Position numbers and translations under genes: made by a program
Virus record (IMG/VR): IMGVR_UViG_3300020050_008348
DNA length: 64,000 nt
Source: an uncultured virus (IMG/VR IMGVR_UViG_3300020050_008348)
Taxonomy: Duplodnaviria > Heunggongvirae > Uroviricota > Caudoviricetes
Direction: 5' to 3' (one strand)
The notes under the pieces: model-generated
Told to the model about the DNA's origin: nothing
Databases searched by the model: none
Seen by the model: only the letters and a program-made list of their open reading frames with translations
Shown here: positions 30,857-42,634 of the stretch, piece by piece
Layout: the number at the start of each line of letters is the position of its first letter
How positions within the stretch are numbered: position 1 is the first letter of the stretch

Positions 30857-31426
30857 TTAATCCCAAATACCACCTGCTACTTGTGCTTCTTCAACTTCTG
30901 CCCAAATACCACCTGCTACTTGTGCTTCTTCAACTTCTGCTTCAACTGTCTCAACTACTGTTTCCTCAATTGCTTCATCTTGTGCTACTGGTTCAGCTTC
31001 AACTGTTTCAACAACACTATCTGCTGAAATACGTTCAACTTTAAATGCTGTACGACGATTACCACCATTACCACGACCTACACCTGTTGCTCTTGATTTA
31101 GGTTCTTTAGGTGCTGCTGTTTTAGTTTTACGACCTACCAATTCGTCCATGTCGAATAGACCTTCAACAACTGTTGCTGTTACTTTAGCAGTTTCATCAC
31201 CAGATGCAGCTACCATACGTGCTGTAAGTGATTCTGTAATAGAACCTTTATCTGCATTGTAATGCTTAGATGATGTAGAGCGAGATTGACCAAGTGCAAG
31301 ATAATCAACGATTTCTTGTGCAGTTACGATGATTGAATGTTTACCATTAGAAGATGGTACTTTGAATTGACAAGCTGTCAATTGTTCTTTGGTGTATTTA
31401 CCCAAAATACGACGAGTTACTGACAT
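30857..31426 (-). CDS. Hypothetical protein with basic middle and acidic repetitive tail
   Basis: 189-aa ORF with its own promoter and terminator. Confidence 0.7.
   Translation of the reverse strand: MSVTRRILGKYTKEQLTACQFKVPSSNGKHSIIVTAQEIVDYLALGQSRSTSSKHYNADKGSITESLTARMVAASGDETAKVTATVVEGLFDMDELVGRKTKTAAPKEPKSRATGVGRGNGGNRRTAFKVERISADSVVETVEAEPVAQDEAIEETVVETVEAEVEEAQVAGGIWAEVEEAQVAGGIWD
30862..30939. repeat. Perfect 39-bp tandem duplication (AEVEEAQVAGGIW x2)
   Basis: 30862-30900 is identical to 30901-30939. Confidence 0.95.
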
Positions 31427-31477
31427 AGTTACTAATTGTTAAAATTTATAAAAAATATTGTTTCTTAATTTCTAATG

Positions 31478-31509
31478 CAAAGATAAGTCTATTATTTGTA
31501 GTTAGCAAA
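31478..31509 (-). promoter_or_regulatory. Bacteroidota sigma-A promoter
   Basis: TTTG-N20-TATCTTTG. Confidence 0.7.
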
Positions 31510-31523
31510 TAAATTTGTGATTA

Positions 31524-32198
31524 TTATTCTTCGTTGTAGTATTTTTCTGCTGCATCAATTACTAATTGCAAATCGTTTGGTAAGTACAAAGGGAGCATAC
31601 CGTGTGGTGATTTTGCAGCAATTAATCCAGTTCTATTAGTAACAAAACGATAAACTGTCTTACCTTCTTCATCTGTTGTTACTTCTGTTGATAATAAAAT
31701 TGTAAATAACCCCTCTACTTTTATAACATTGTCAAATAGCTTACCCACAGAAGATAGTTTGTATTCAATTATTTCAGAACCATTATATACTGGTTCATTA
31801 TGTAATATAAGTATCACATAATCTAAAGGTGATGCTTTAGCTGCATCAATTATAGCTTTCATGTCTAAAGCAAGGTCTGTAAATTTTTGGAATCCTACCT
31901 GTTTAGCTTTTGCAAGAAAGTTGTCTGTTAATGTGTAACTTGCATCGTCTATTACTGCTATTTTGAATCTACTCAATTCGGGGATAACAGTCAACAATGT
32001 AGGAATTACAGAACTATTTGGTGAATTAATAATATTACCACCTTCTTTCAAATTTGGTCTATACAATTTACGACTACCTTTAAATGGTAAATCCTTACCA
32101 AGATAGTTTATGTATAATGTTTTAGTTGGGTCTAATCCTTTCATACTGGTAGATTTACCACTGGATATGCTTCCCATTAAACCAATCAATCTTGCCAT
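31524..32198 (-). CDS. AAA_24-type P-loop ATPase
   Basis: Walker A GSISSGKST, Walker B AVIDD, 'EGLFTILL', 'AKSP.GM'. Confidence 0.85.
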   Translation of the reverse strand: MARLIGLMGSISSGKSTSMKGLDPTKTLYINYLGKDLPFKGSRKLYRPNLKEGGNIINSPNSSVIPTLLTVIPELSRFKIAVIDDASYTLTDNFLAKAKQVGFQKFTDLALDMKAIIDAAKASPLDYVILILHNEPVYNGSEIIEYKLSSVGKLFDNVIKVEGLFTILLSTEVTTDEEGKTVYRFVTNRTGLIAAKSPHGMLPLYLPNDLQLVIDAAEKYYNEE

Positions 32199-32209
32199 AT
32201 TATTTAATT

Positions 32210-33037
32210 TTAAATTCGTTCAATTAAAAAAATTGTTTTAGATTCCTGTACTTCTTCTGTTAATGTTCTTTCAATAGACCAACCTCTTTCAATTCTATTT
32301 CGTATTGTATGATAATTTATTCCTGTTTTTTCAGACCATTGAGCTAACGTCAATGTTTCGTTGTTACATGTTAACAATACATTGCTTCTAATATTATTCT
32401 GTTGTTCTTTACGAGTAGCCCATCTACAATTTGCTTTACTGTAACCTAATTCGTTATTTTCTCTATCTAATGAGTGTTGTTCAGTAGGTCTATCTCCCAT
32501 ATCTTCATAGAATTTATTAAAGTCATTAATCCACTCATTACAAACAGTAATACCTCTACCACCATAGTAATCATATTGCTTATGTGTTGTAGTAGTACAA
32601 CGTTGTACCATACTTGACCATATTCTAAATATATATGTCTGTGACATTCCATGTAATAATGTTAAACAACCACATGATTTAGTATGTCCACTTGTTAAAT
32701 GACTCATATCAGTTATCATATAATTACCACAACTACATAAACATTTATACATGACTTTTTTGTTTCGATTTTCAACACGTTCTATAACTGTTAAATTGGT
32801 AAACTGTAAACCTTCTAAAGGTTTTGTTATAAATGATGTGTGTCGTACTTCTATATTCAAACAACCACATGATTTACTATCACCAGATTTTAATATATCA
32901 TATCGTATTCGTTTAGTATTTCCACAATCACATGTACAATTTACAAACAATCTACTATTTACTCGTCCATCAATACTTGTAATAATCAATCTACCAAATC
33001 GTTGATTTATTAAATTTTCATCTACAATTTTTGCCAT
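32210..33037 (-). CDS. Homing endonuclease (HNH with repeated CxC-G...SCGC domains)
   Basis: Two 'CxC.CG...L.SG..KSCGC' units, 'YGGRGITVC.EW', 'SLDR..N..GY...NCRWAT'. Confidence 0.88.
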   Translation of the reverse strand: MAKIVDENLINQRFGRLIITSIDGRVNSRLFVNCTCDCGNTKRIRYDILKSGDSKSCGCLNIEVRHTSFITKPLEGLQFTNLTVIERVENRNKKVMYKCLCSCGNYMITDMSHLTSGHTKSCGCLTLLHGMSQTYIFRIWSSMVQRCTTTTHKQYDYYGGRGITVCNEWINDFNKFYEDMGDRPTEQHSLDRENNELGYSKANCRWATRKEQQNNIRSNVLLTCNNETLTLAQWSEKTGINYHTIRNRIERGWSIERTLTEEVQESKTIFLIERI

Positions 33038-33459
33038 TTATTACATTATTTTTTAATGATTATTAAAACTACTATTACTACAATAAACAATAACCAAGAT
33101 ATTCCACTTAACGTTTCCTTACTTTTCCCTGTACTCATTGTATTATTAATTTAAATTGTTACTTATTGTACATTATCACTACTATCATCTTTAGCTGCTA
33201 CCACTATACTTCCTATAATGATATAAAACAGAATTAAGAATATTAGTAATGATTTCATTGAATATTGTTTAGAAAATTATACATTGTGTTGTTACACCAA
33301 AGACTATAATAGGTTTGTCCTAAGTAAGATTTTCGGCGAGTCTCACCGATTTAACAGGAACACTGATTACTCACATTTGGCTATTAGTCACTCTTTAAAG
33401 GTAAGTAGGTTCTCAAACTACTGCATACTATCATTGCTACCTCTTGTATAATTTATATT

Positions 33460-34578
33460 TTATTTATACCATTTACTGTTTAATTGATAACCTTTTAAAA
33501 CCATTCTATCATAGTGATTCATTGTAGTTCCTTCATTAAAAGGTTTTGTCATATCTATGGCTTTAGGAAGCTCTCGAATAAAACCATTCTCTCCTAAAAA
33601 CGACAACCCTATTCTTAGGTCATCACCTCCATAAGAACTTTTTATTATTTTAAGTCCTCTAAAGCGTGTTTTTCCATTTACATCAATTGTTCGTGATATT
33701 TCATAACCATTATCTGCTGGATACATTGATAATCCTCTTTTATAAGGATTCATAAGCCCTATAACTATATCACAGTTTTGATATATTGTAGATGAACCTT
33801 CAATATCTTCTGGTTTAATATCTAAATCTCCCATTTTAAAACGGTCTGTTGATGTAATTGACCTGTTTAATTGAGAAATATCTACCGATACTCCTTGATA
33901 GAAGTCTCGAAACACATTACTAACAAAACCATGATATTCGTCTAATACGTCTTTAGCTGTATTATGATGATTCATTTTTTTTACCTTACCAACATGGTCT
34001 AATATTGAAAATACTACTCGTTTTTCATCATTGTAGATAAATTCTTTATTATTCTCATCAATTTGATGAATTTTTCCAAATTCTATCATTTTATTGTGTA
34101 TGATTTTACTAAAGCTCAACGGTGTAGTAATTCCAGATACCATATACATTCGCTCATTAAGCGTGTCAAAGTATTCATCAAATGTACTAATTAATTGTAT
34201 TAACTCATCACTAATTGTATATGTTTTATTAGTCCATCCTAATAATGTAGCTGAATCTATAAGGATTTGATAGTCAGTCCATAGCTTATAACATATCCAC
34301 TTAATTCGTTTAAAGAATGTAGGTCGTTCTAAACTATGATATATCCAGTATGGTTCAAAAGTTTTAACTGTTTGTGATAAATATGTATTGTAAATATCTA
34401 ACACAAATAAAGAATCAGTAACACTTGTTTTACCAACTCCACTTTCTGCTGCTACTAATATACACATACCTCGCGTTATTGAGATATTAGCATTTAACTT
34501 TTTATGTGAAAGTGGAATTGATAATCCCGAACCACTTATAGATTTTTTGATATTATCCATTACTTGATTATGCGTCAT
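33460..34578 (-). CDS. DnaB-like replicative helicase
   Basis: Walker A AESGVGKT, 'SLE', 'LDH', 'SQLNR'. Confidence 0.85.
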   Translation of the reverse strand: MTHNQVMDNIKKSISGSGLSIPLSHKKLNANISITRGMCILVAAESGVGKTSVTDSLFVLDIYNTYLSQTVKTFEPYWIYHSLERPTFFKRIKWICYKLWTDYQILIDSATLLGWTNKTYTISDELIQLISTFDEYFDTLNERMYMVSGITTPLSFSKIIHNKMIEFGKIHQIDENNKEFIYNDEKRVVFSILDHVGKVKKMNHHNTAKDVLDEYHGFVSNVFRDFYQGVSVDISQLNRSITSTDRFKMGDLDIKPEDIEGSSTIYQNCDIVIGLMNPYKRGLSMYPADNGYEISRTIDVNGKTRFRGLKIIKSSYGGDDLRIGLSFLGENGFIRELPKAIDMTKPFNEGTTMNHYDRMVLKGYQLNSKWYK

Positions 34579-36404
34579 ACTTCCTTTTTCTTTTTAACAA
34601 TACCAAAAAATTCATCATTTGACTCTTTATTATCAACAATAGCTCTAACTGCATTATTAATAATATCAATCTGCTGTCGTTCAAATTCAGTTAATACACT
34701 GTAATCAATATCAAAGATTAATGCTTTAATATTACTGTCTCTTGCTTTTTTGATTTGAGCTTTAGTCATAGGTCAATACCATTAAAAGGTGTACTAATAT
34801 CTGTTATACCTTCATCAATTACCAATCTACACCAACTCTGTAATACACTACCTTTCGACTGGTGATTTACAAATTGATGTGCTATCATAGTAAATTTATA
34901 ACCTTCTTGTTTTCTTTGTTGTAAATATTTAGTAGTAGCAAGTAATATACATTCTTGTATTTGTTCAATACTATATTTTACTTTCAACTCACTATTAAAT
35001 TCAGCTATAAACTTTTTTAGTTTAGATTCAGCTAATGAACCAGAACCTTTTACATCATATCCTAATGTTTTAATTGTACCACTTGGAAATAATGCTAAAA
35101 ATGAACTATAAAAGTTAGGTTTTACAGCCGTATCTATTACATCTTGTATAAATAATGGAGTAGTAAATACTACACCTTCTGAATTATTGTAATTAATAAT
35201 ACCAAGTGTATTAATAGACCGTCTTTGTACTTCGTTTAATGGAATATGACTAAATGATAGTTGAAAGTATAAACACAATAAATACTGTATTACTATTTCA
35301 TGTTTACTTACTGGTATTGTTGATAACTTATTGTATATTTCTGGATTTATCTTTATCATTATTGGATTTATTATTATTTGAAAGTGGTTTATCCATCACT
35401 GGTAATTCATTAATAATATTAGTAAGTTCATCAGCTAATTGCTGCATTTTATCAGTATTTGACTGATTTTCTACAATTGCTAATGTAACTTTAATTGGTA
35501 GTTTATTTTTCATTTTTATTTATGAGTTATTAAGATTGTGAAGTATTATCTTTTTGTTTTATTAAATGGTCAATAATTAAACTACCATGTGATACTGATT
35601 CACCAAGTACTTCCCACGCTTTTTTGTCACTAAGGAACTGTCCTTGTTTTAAATTCATTCTATCAGCTACTACTTTTGGTACAGTCATACAAGTAGGGTT
35701 ATTTATATCACCATGTCTAACTGAAATATGTTCTATTTTATCTTTCATTATTATAAGTTATTAAGATTATTGTGTAAATAGTATAGCTTGGTGTGTATTC
35801 CATGATTATTAATTATAGTGGGAAACACTCATTTGAAACTAAGTTTAATACAAGTGTTTCCCACTAACAATAATAGAAGTCGAGCTTAGTTAATCTCCAT
35901 TAATCTCATTGGTTTAACTTCCAACGGTCAATAACTTTAACATCTTTAATGTTATCTTTGATAATTTGCAAGTCTTTTGCATTTTTATCTACTTGTTGCT
36001 CATTAACCGCTACTTCTACTTTTTTAACATTGTCGATAAGTTTATTGTGTATCATTAATTTTGATTTATAAGATTATCAATAGCACATAATACTATTAAT
36101 AAATTATGTGATGGAATTAGTATTGGATTCATTATTATCGGTTTAAAAGTTAATCTTCATCATCTTCCCAATCTTCTTCATACTCATCGTTGTCATTCAC
36201 AGTATCTATAATTTCTACTTTTACAAACTGTCGAACTTGTTCATAAGGACGTAGTGAAGTATTAAAAGAATTTACTATTTTTTTACCATGTTCAGATACT
36301 TCTTCAACAGTATCTGAACTAAGACTGTGAGTATAATTTTCAGACCATATTTTATCATCTGAATCACCTACATGTTTTACAAAAAGATTAAATGTAATTA
36401 GCAT
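34575..36404 (-). other. Hypothetical ORFs (34575-34769, 34766-35359, 35328-35513, 35530-35748, 36150-36404)
   Basis: Co-oriented ORFs within the replication arm. Confidence 0.6.
35800..35889. repeat. Inverted pair of the dispersed element
   Basis: Cores at 35816 and 35857. Confidence 0.85.
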
Positions 36405-36424
36405 TTATAAACTATTTAAAATTG

Positions 36425-37543
36425 TTATTGATTATTGTTCCAATTATTCCAAGTAATCTTTGTTTCAGACAACCCCGATAGAGCTGACGTTAGCCAAATT
36501 TCATCTACTGAACCTCTACAACACAAGATTTCAATAAAACCTGTTTTAGAATCTTCTGGATTAAGTACACGAGCCAGCCGTTGAATGGACGTTTCGTCAT
36601 TTGATTGCAACTGTACTGCTAATGCTTGTTTAAGATTAGGTATAGTTACACCTAATGATACCATATTGACAGTTGAAAGAGCTTGAATATTACCCTTAAT
36701 AAATTTATCAAGATTATCATCATTTTTATTAGCACTATGATAACTATGACAAATAGAATCAGACATAGCTTGACTTTGTGTAAACACTATTAATCGCTTA
36801 TTATCACTTGCCAACTTAGCAGCTACTAATCTTTTAGCTATTTTTAGCTTACTTGGTAGATTGTAAATTAGCTGTGCACGTTTACTTGCCCACAACTGCT
36901 TTATAGTATGTAATGCTGGATTGAATTGAGCAGCATACTTCATCTTTTCAAACATCTTAGTATAGTGGTCATAAGCAACTTTCTCTGTAACTAATGGTCT
37001 TACTGAACCTTTAGGACTAATATCTATTACTTTATCAACATTATCAAGTTCTAAGTAATAGATGTGTACTCTGTAATCAGCAATAATTTTATCTTCAATA
37101 GCTTGTTCAATAGTATATTCATATACTACATTAAGTTTAAGTTCTTTTAATAAAATTTGTCTATTACTAATACTAAGTGTACCTGTAAGTCCTATAACAT
37201 TTGAAAACTTCTTTAAATATTGTATGTTATTAGGACTTAGTTCCTGTATTTCATCAACAATAACATACTTGTATTTAGATACATCACATTTACTCAATGA
37301 AGCATTAGTAGTTAACTTACCTTTAAATTCTAAATTCCACATAGAAAACTCTCTTTTCCATGATTCAATAATAGTTTTATAAGGTGCTACTATTAATACT
37401 TGTAATGTATCTATGTTATCAAGTTTCATAGCGTCAATACATAGCTTTGTTTTACCTACTCTTGGTGCAACTACAATGATACTATTTTTCCATTTATTGT
37501 TGATAATAGCTTCTGTTGCTTGTTGCTGTATTACTTCTCTCAT
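36425..37543 (-). CDS. Superfamily 2 helicase
   Basis: APRVGKT, VIVDEIQ, GLTGT, GVTIP, QRLARV. Confidence 0.88.
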   Translation of the reverse strand: MREVIQQQATEAIINNKWKNSIIVVAPRVGKTKLCIDAMKLDNIDTLQVLIVAPYKTIIESWKREFSMWNLEFKGKLTTNASLSKCDVSKYKYVIVDEIQELSPNNIQYLKKFSNVIGLTGTLSISNRQILLKELKLNVVYEYTIEQAIEDKIIADYRVHIYYLELDNVDKVIDISPKGSVRPLVTEKVAYDHYTKMFEKMKYAAQFNPALHTIKQLWASKRAQLIYNLPSKLKIAKRLVAAKLASDNKRLIVFTQSQAMSDSICHSYHSANKNDDNLDKFIKGNIQALSTVNMVSLGVTIPNLKQALAVQLQSNDETSIQRLARVLNPEDSKTGFIEILCCRGSVDEIWLTSALSGLSETKITWNNWNNNQ

Positions 37544-37899
37544 ATTATCACTTGTTGAAAATTGCTGGCACTGAAAGATGGTTCGTATTTTATCAAATCA
37601 TCATTTAGTGAATCGTTATTAATCTCACATAGAATTAAACGAAAATGTGGTACTGGTGAGAACACTCTCAAAACATGTTTAACAGTATAATTTAAACCAT
37701 ACTTAGGTAAAGATTTACAATATGTTACAAGATTACCAAAATCACTGTTAACACATGTAACAACATCTCCAATATTGTATGTCTTATTACTTAAACCTAT
37801 TAAGAAAGTATCATTATTCATAATTTGACCACCGTGATTTAGATAGTGTAATCTATCCATTTCAAATTGTAAATACTGCTCGTGTGATAATCCTGTCAT
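37540..37899 (-). CDS. Hypothetical protein
   Basis: 119-aa ORF between PolB and the SF2 helicase. Confidence 0.6.
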   Translation of the reverse strand: MTGLSHEQYLQFEMDRLHYLNHGGQIMNNDTFLIGLSNKTYNIGDVVTCVNSDFGNLVTYCKSLPKYGLNYTVKHVLRVFSPVPHFRLILCEINNDSLNDDLIKYEPSFSASNFQQVII

Positions 37900-37911
37900 T
37901 TTGTTAATTAT

Positions 37912-39765
37912 TTAAAATAGTTGTAAATCTTTTTGAACTCCTGTTTCTGTATCAATAGCATCATCTATTATCGCTGTCTGTAAGAATGGTTGTATTAGAT
38001 TTAGTGTTTTACTAATGTAATAGTTATAATTAATGTCTGTTGGAAATTCATCTTTCAAATTATTCATAATAATCACACTAAATCCTTTTAGTAAGTTGTT
38101 TAACTTACCTTTCTCATTCTTATAGTACAAATAAGCACCTTTACGGCTTACATAATACCTATTCAATTGTTGTTGTTTCTCACCATTCCAATACACAGCA
38201 AATCGTTTATCTACTTTACGACTAATCAAAAAGTCTTTAATTTCTCTATGATTAGTAATAAATTCTGTTACTGATGTACCATGAATCCAATATGCTTCAA
38301 GTGCTTTTGCTATTACAAGTTCGTTAACACTATTACCTAATTCTGGTTTAGTAACAAAATCACCTTTCTTTTTGACTTTACCTTTTGCAATTTCATAGTA
38401 ATCTGGGTGTATTTGAGCAATATAGCTATTGATATTTAAGAATACAATTTGCAAATATTCAATATGCTCCCATTTAATGTTGAACTCGTTAGCTATACCA
38501 TTCATTATATCAAAGTATTCCTGTTTACGTGAATTTGGTACTATTGTTTCCGTTCCATCTGTGTTAACTGATAAAACTTGGAATCCTGCAATTGTAAGTT
38601 CTTCAATAGTCCTTAGTAGTTGTAATTGACCAATAATACGTAACGCCGTAGCTAATTCTGGACAGTATAACCATGAATATTCATTATCAAGTAACCCACT
38701 TGTACCATTAAGGATAAGTTTAAGTAACTTATCTCTTACTTTATCTTTGTTTCGTTTTGCTATTAATCGTTCAGCTTTAACTTCTTTGTATATACTCAAT
38801 ACTTCTGGAAACCTAATAGTCTCGTGATTGATAATATTAGTAGGGTAAAGCGATTCGATATCGGACGTAATTATAGTGTTATCTTCTGTATGTGTGTATC
38901 TTTTATTTTCTAATAATGAGTGAATACCACCAATACCTAATGATATTTTGATATAATTGTTATTAGAATTATATACAAATTGCTTACTAAAACTACGTCC
39001 ACTATCACATATCTCTTGGTGTATATTAATTAATTGAGTAGTCTTAAAGTTGAAATATGGTATATAATCACCAATTTTGAAATCTGACATACTAAAGTGA
39101 TACTTTCTTACATCATTAACTTCTTTATTAGTTCTTTCACAATACTTTTTTAACAGTAGTTCAGAAGCTATTTTGATAGCATCCCACGATACACATTTGA
39201 GTTCATAAGTCTTCCATATCCATAGTCGTAGATTGATTTCATCTTTAAGTTCAGTAACTAATAATTCAACTATATCAATATCAAAACTATTGTATTCTAT
39301 TACTTCATCAATTTGGTCTGCATTTAAATGTACATTAAGATACGGTAATTCTTTCAATGTCTTGTAACCTAATTGAATACCTAATGCTTTAAGACTTATT
39401 TTCTTTGTAAGGCGCAAACCCTTACTCCAGAACAATATAAAATCTATATCTATCCACTTAGCCCAGTATTTATATTTAGTGGGAATTGGATTATCACTTA
39501 AAATTAGGTTATTACTAAATCTCCAAATTTCATATGGGTCATCACAATTCTCCAATATCATATACCCTAATACAACATTATCATAGTGTATTCCATTAAA
39601 GCTGAATAATACACCTTTATAAGTAGTATAAAATGCTTTGATTTTATCAAAATCATTTATATCTTCACTAATTTGATATACTACTTGCTCTTTTGTATCC
39701 CAATCCCTAATAGTTACACAAAAGAAATTGGGATAAATCTCGATGTCGTGCAGCTTACTAATCAT
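37912..39765 (-). CDS. DNA polymerase, family B
   Basis: Exonuclease DIE and FNG..YD; polymerase SDIESLYP, KLILNG..G and NTDG. Confidence 0.92.
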   Translation of the reverse strand: MISKLHDIEIYPNFFCVTIRDWDTKEQVVYQISEDINDFDKIKAFYTTYKGVLFSFNGIHYDNVVLGYMILENCDDPYEIWRFSNNLILSDNPIPTKYKYWAKWIDIDFILFWSKGLRLTKKISLKALGIQLGYKTLKELPYLNVHLNADQIDEVIEYNSFDIDIVELLVTELKDEINLRLWIWKTYELKCVSWDAIKIASELLLKKYCERTNKEVNDVRKYHFSMSDFKIGDYIPYFNFKTTQLINIHQEICDSGRSFSKQFVYNSNNNYIKISLGIGGIHSLLENKRYTHTEDNTIITSDIESLYPTNIINHETIRFPEVLSIYKEVKAERLIAKRNKDKVRDKLLKLILNGTSGLLDNEYSWLYCPELATALRIIGQLQLLRTIEELTIAGFQVLSVNTDGTETIVPNSRKQEYFDIMNGIANEFNIKWEHIEYLQIVFLNINSYIAQIHPDYYEIAKGKVKKKGDFVTKPELGNSVNELVIAKALEAYWIHGTSVTEFITNHREIKDFLISRKVDKRFAVYWNGEKQQQLNRYYVSRKGAYLYYKNEKGKLNNLLKGFSVIIMNNLKDEFPTDINYNYYISKTLNLIQPFLQTAIIDDAIDTETGVQKDLQLF

Positions 39766-40024
39766 ATTTTTATAACATTTACAAATACAGAAAATTTTTA
39801 GTAGGTATAATAAGCAATAAAACCACTTACTATACCTACTGTTTTATTCAATTGTACCTCTGTACAAATCATTATCTGATAAATCAGATTCATTCCAATC
39901 TATATCAGATGGTGCTTCTTGCTCCCATTCATCTACATTAAAATCAGTAGATTCGTCAACTGGGTGACTGATGTTTTCTAAGTTAAAACTATCTTCCATG
40001 ATTTATTAGTTTAATTAGTTAATA

Positions 40025-41209
40025 TTATTTCAATATACACAATCCTTCTGGTGATTTAACTCTACTTAATGCTACATACAATTGATTTTCAGCAAATAAA
40101 GGAACTCTTAAATCCAATGTAATTTCTTCTAATGATAATCCTTGTGATTTATGTACTGAAATAGCATAGCACAATTTAATAGGATATTGCTCAATACTAC
40201 TAACTGTGACAAGTTTTGGTTTTTCAATATCGTCTACTGTAACTAATTGGTACTCTCGATATTCAAACTCTACTTTATCTAAAGGATAATCACGACCTTT
40301 ATAGTGCATATATGGTGTACCATTAATTAATAAGAACTCACCAACACTACCATTAACTAATGGAAAAAACGGATGATTGTGTAGATACATGATTTTACAA
40401 CCATGTTTTACTGAAACTTCTTTCGATACCATATAATCTTTTTCTCGAAAGTTTCCCCATGTAGTACCTGTATAAGTAATTAATGGAGCATCTAATTCAT
40501 CAAGACCACTTGTATTATATCTATCAACTACTACATTAGTACCAGCTAATACAACTCCGTTATTTTTACTATTTTTAATAAACCTTCTAAAGTATGGAGT
40601 TAAATAATTATTACCATTTTGTCGAATAATATCAAGTTGGTCTTTATATTCAGCATCATCTTGTCGAAATATCTTTGTAAAAGTTACTTCTTCAACATTT
40701 AACTGTTTATAAATATTAGATTCTTTAAATGATGTTGATTCATAAAACTGTTTAAACAATAGTATTTCTTCTTTACCGATAAGAATTGGCTGTAACTGCT
40801 TTAAATCTCCTACAAAGATAATCTGTTTTTCCGTAAGTGGTTGACAACCATTCTTAATTAATGTACCATTTGCAGCATCTAATAAATCTGGACGTAACAT
40901 TGATACTTCGTCAATAATCAAAGTTTGTACTTTATTCCACATTTTACGTTTATCTTTATTAACGTAGTTGTAAGATTCATAAGTAGCAACACCAAATGGT
41001 TTAAGACTGAAAAAACTATGAAAAGTTCCACCACCTACATTTGCTGCTGCGACACCTGTTGTACCTAATACTGCATAAGTACCATTTGGTAACGCTTGTT
41101 TGATATAATCAATTGTATAGCTCTTACCTGTACCTGCTTTTGCATGTATAAATATACTTTTACCAAGCATAACTTGGTTGAATGCAAACTGTTGTTCTTC
41201 ACTTAACAT
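40025..41209 (-). CDS. Pif1/RecD-like superfamily 1 helicase
   Basis: AGTGKS, DEVSM, GD..QL.P, FRQ.D, YAISVHKSQG, YVALSR. Confidence 0.92.
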   Translation of the reverse strand: MLSEEQQFAFNQVMLGKSIFIHAKAGTGKSYTIDYIKQALPNGTYAVLGTTGVAAANVGGGTFHSFFSLKPFGVATYESYNYVNKDKRKMWNKVQTLIIDEVSMLRPDLLDAANGTLIKNGCQPLTEKQIIFVGDLKQLQPILIGKEEILLFKQFYESTSFKESNIYKQLNVEEVTFTKIFRQDDAEYKDQLDIIRQNGNNYLTPYFRRFIKNSKNNGVVLAGTNVVVDRYNTSGLDELDAPLITYTGTTWGNFREKDYMVSKEVSVKHGCKIMYLHNHPFFPLVNGSVGEFLLINGTPYMHYKGRDYPLDKVEFEYREYQLVTVDDIEKPKLVTVSSIEQYPIKLCYAISVHKSQGLSLEEITLDLRVPLFAENQLYVALSRVKSPEGLCILK

Positions 41210-41241
41210 AGTTATTTTATTTTAAACTTTAATTGTAATTA

Positions 41242-41730
41242 TTATCCTACTTCATTAACATTTTGTGGAAATCTTTTAATTCTATTACCAGCAAAAAACA
41301 TTTGTGGATTAATGTAATAAACAAATTTATATTTTGTTACATTAAGTATTCTTGCTCCAATAAGTTCATCAATTGCTAAATTAAAAGTTACATCTGACAT
41401 ACCTGTTGTAGCAATATGTTCTTTACGATTAAATATAACCCAATGTTCACTTTCCTTTACACAATATTGTAAATATACAAATACAGCTAATGCTCTTGGT
41501 TCTAATTTTAATATAGGATTATCTCTTAAACTAAAATTATGAAACACTTTAGTAAATGTAGTTGCTTCAATCAATACACCTCTACTTCTTTCATCTTCTT
41601 CTGTAAATATCCTACGAGCATCAATAATTAGTGATTGTGTAAATGGATTAGCATTAAGTACATTCATACTATATTTCAAATCCACTTTTACTGATTCACC
41701 TGTGTCAATTTCTTCTAATTTTCTAAGCAT
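41242..41730 (-). CDS. RepL-like winged-HTH protein
   Basis: HTH followed by 'YYINP..FF.G'; probable ATG at 41730. Confidence 0.6.
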   Translation of the reverse strand: MLRKLEEIDTGESVKVDLKYSMNVLNANPFTQSLIIDARRIFTEEDERSRGVLIEATTFTKVFHNFSLRDNPILKLEPRALAVFVYLQYCVKESEHWVIFNRKEHIATTGMSDVTFNLAIDELIGARILNVTKYKFVYYINPQMFFAGNRIKRFPQNVNEVG

Positions 41731-41786
41731 TTTCTTATTTTTTAAGAATTTAGTGATATAAGTTACTTTTTTAACTATATAAATCA

Positions 41787-41882
41787 TTGATAGTCAAATA
41801 GTTATCTTGTTATTTTTGATTTACTAACACCCCCTAATAATACTAAGGGTACTTAGCTTAACTATAACTATTTGATTATCAA
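41787..41882. repeat. 19-bp inverted repeat (1 mismatch) upstream of the RepL-like gene
   Basis: TTGATAGTCAAATAGTTAT ... ATAACTATTTGATTATCAA. Confidence 0.8.
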
Positions 41883-41944
41883 CTATTTAATATTTATAAT
41901 GCAAAAATAACTCATTTTCTAAGGATTTCCTAATTTTCTAAGAA

Positions 41945-42499
41945 TTATTTTTGACTTAAAAACGACAATTTATTTGCTGGTGTATTTTGACCTCTACCAA
42001 CATTCTGATAATCAACAAATACAGCTTTCTCTGTAAATGATGTTATTCTACCTTCTTCTGGTTTAGCACCTTCGTATGCAATATAGACAACTTTTCTATT
42101 TACATCTTCTTTTGTTAATTTTGATATATCAATCATGTTTTTTATTTATTTAAATTGTTAATAAACAATATTCTCCATTCCACCTAATATTTCCCACTAA
42201 TAATAATACAAGTGGAGCTTAGTGGTACTTCACTAATCTTCATCACTTTATATTTTAAAATCTAACTGTAATGCAGTAGATAGCCACATTATCTGAATTG
42301 ACCACTCACGCCAAAACATAGAACGGTCTAATACACCTGCTACTATTCTAAACGATGGTAGTATTTCTAATTGACTTAATATTGTTGTTAACACAAGTTG
42401 AGTAGTTCTATATCTTATGAACCAAGAATCATATTCTCTAAATATTATGAATTTACCATTTTCATAATATACGATAAAATCATTTTTGCTATTTTTCAT
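41945..42499 (-). other. Two small hypothetical ORFs (41945-42136, 42248-42499)
   Basis: ATG starts with A-rich leaders. Confidence 0.6.
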
Positions 42500-42540
42500 T
42501 TTTTATTGTTTTATGTTGTAAACGATAGCTGCACTACATA

Positions 42541-42634
42541 TGAGCTTAACTATCTATTATTCTTAGTGGGAAACACTAAACGATAACTGGTCAACCACAT
42601 GTTTCCCACTAAGATAAATAAGCACGATGCTCAC
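42541..42634. repeat. Inverted pair of the dispersed element
   Basis: Cores at 42564 and 42602 with outer GAGC/GCTC boxes. Confidence 0.85.
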
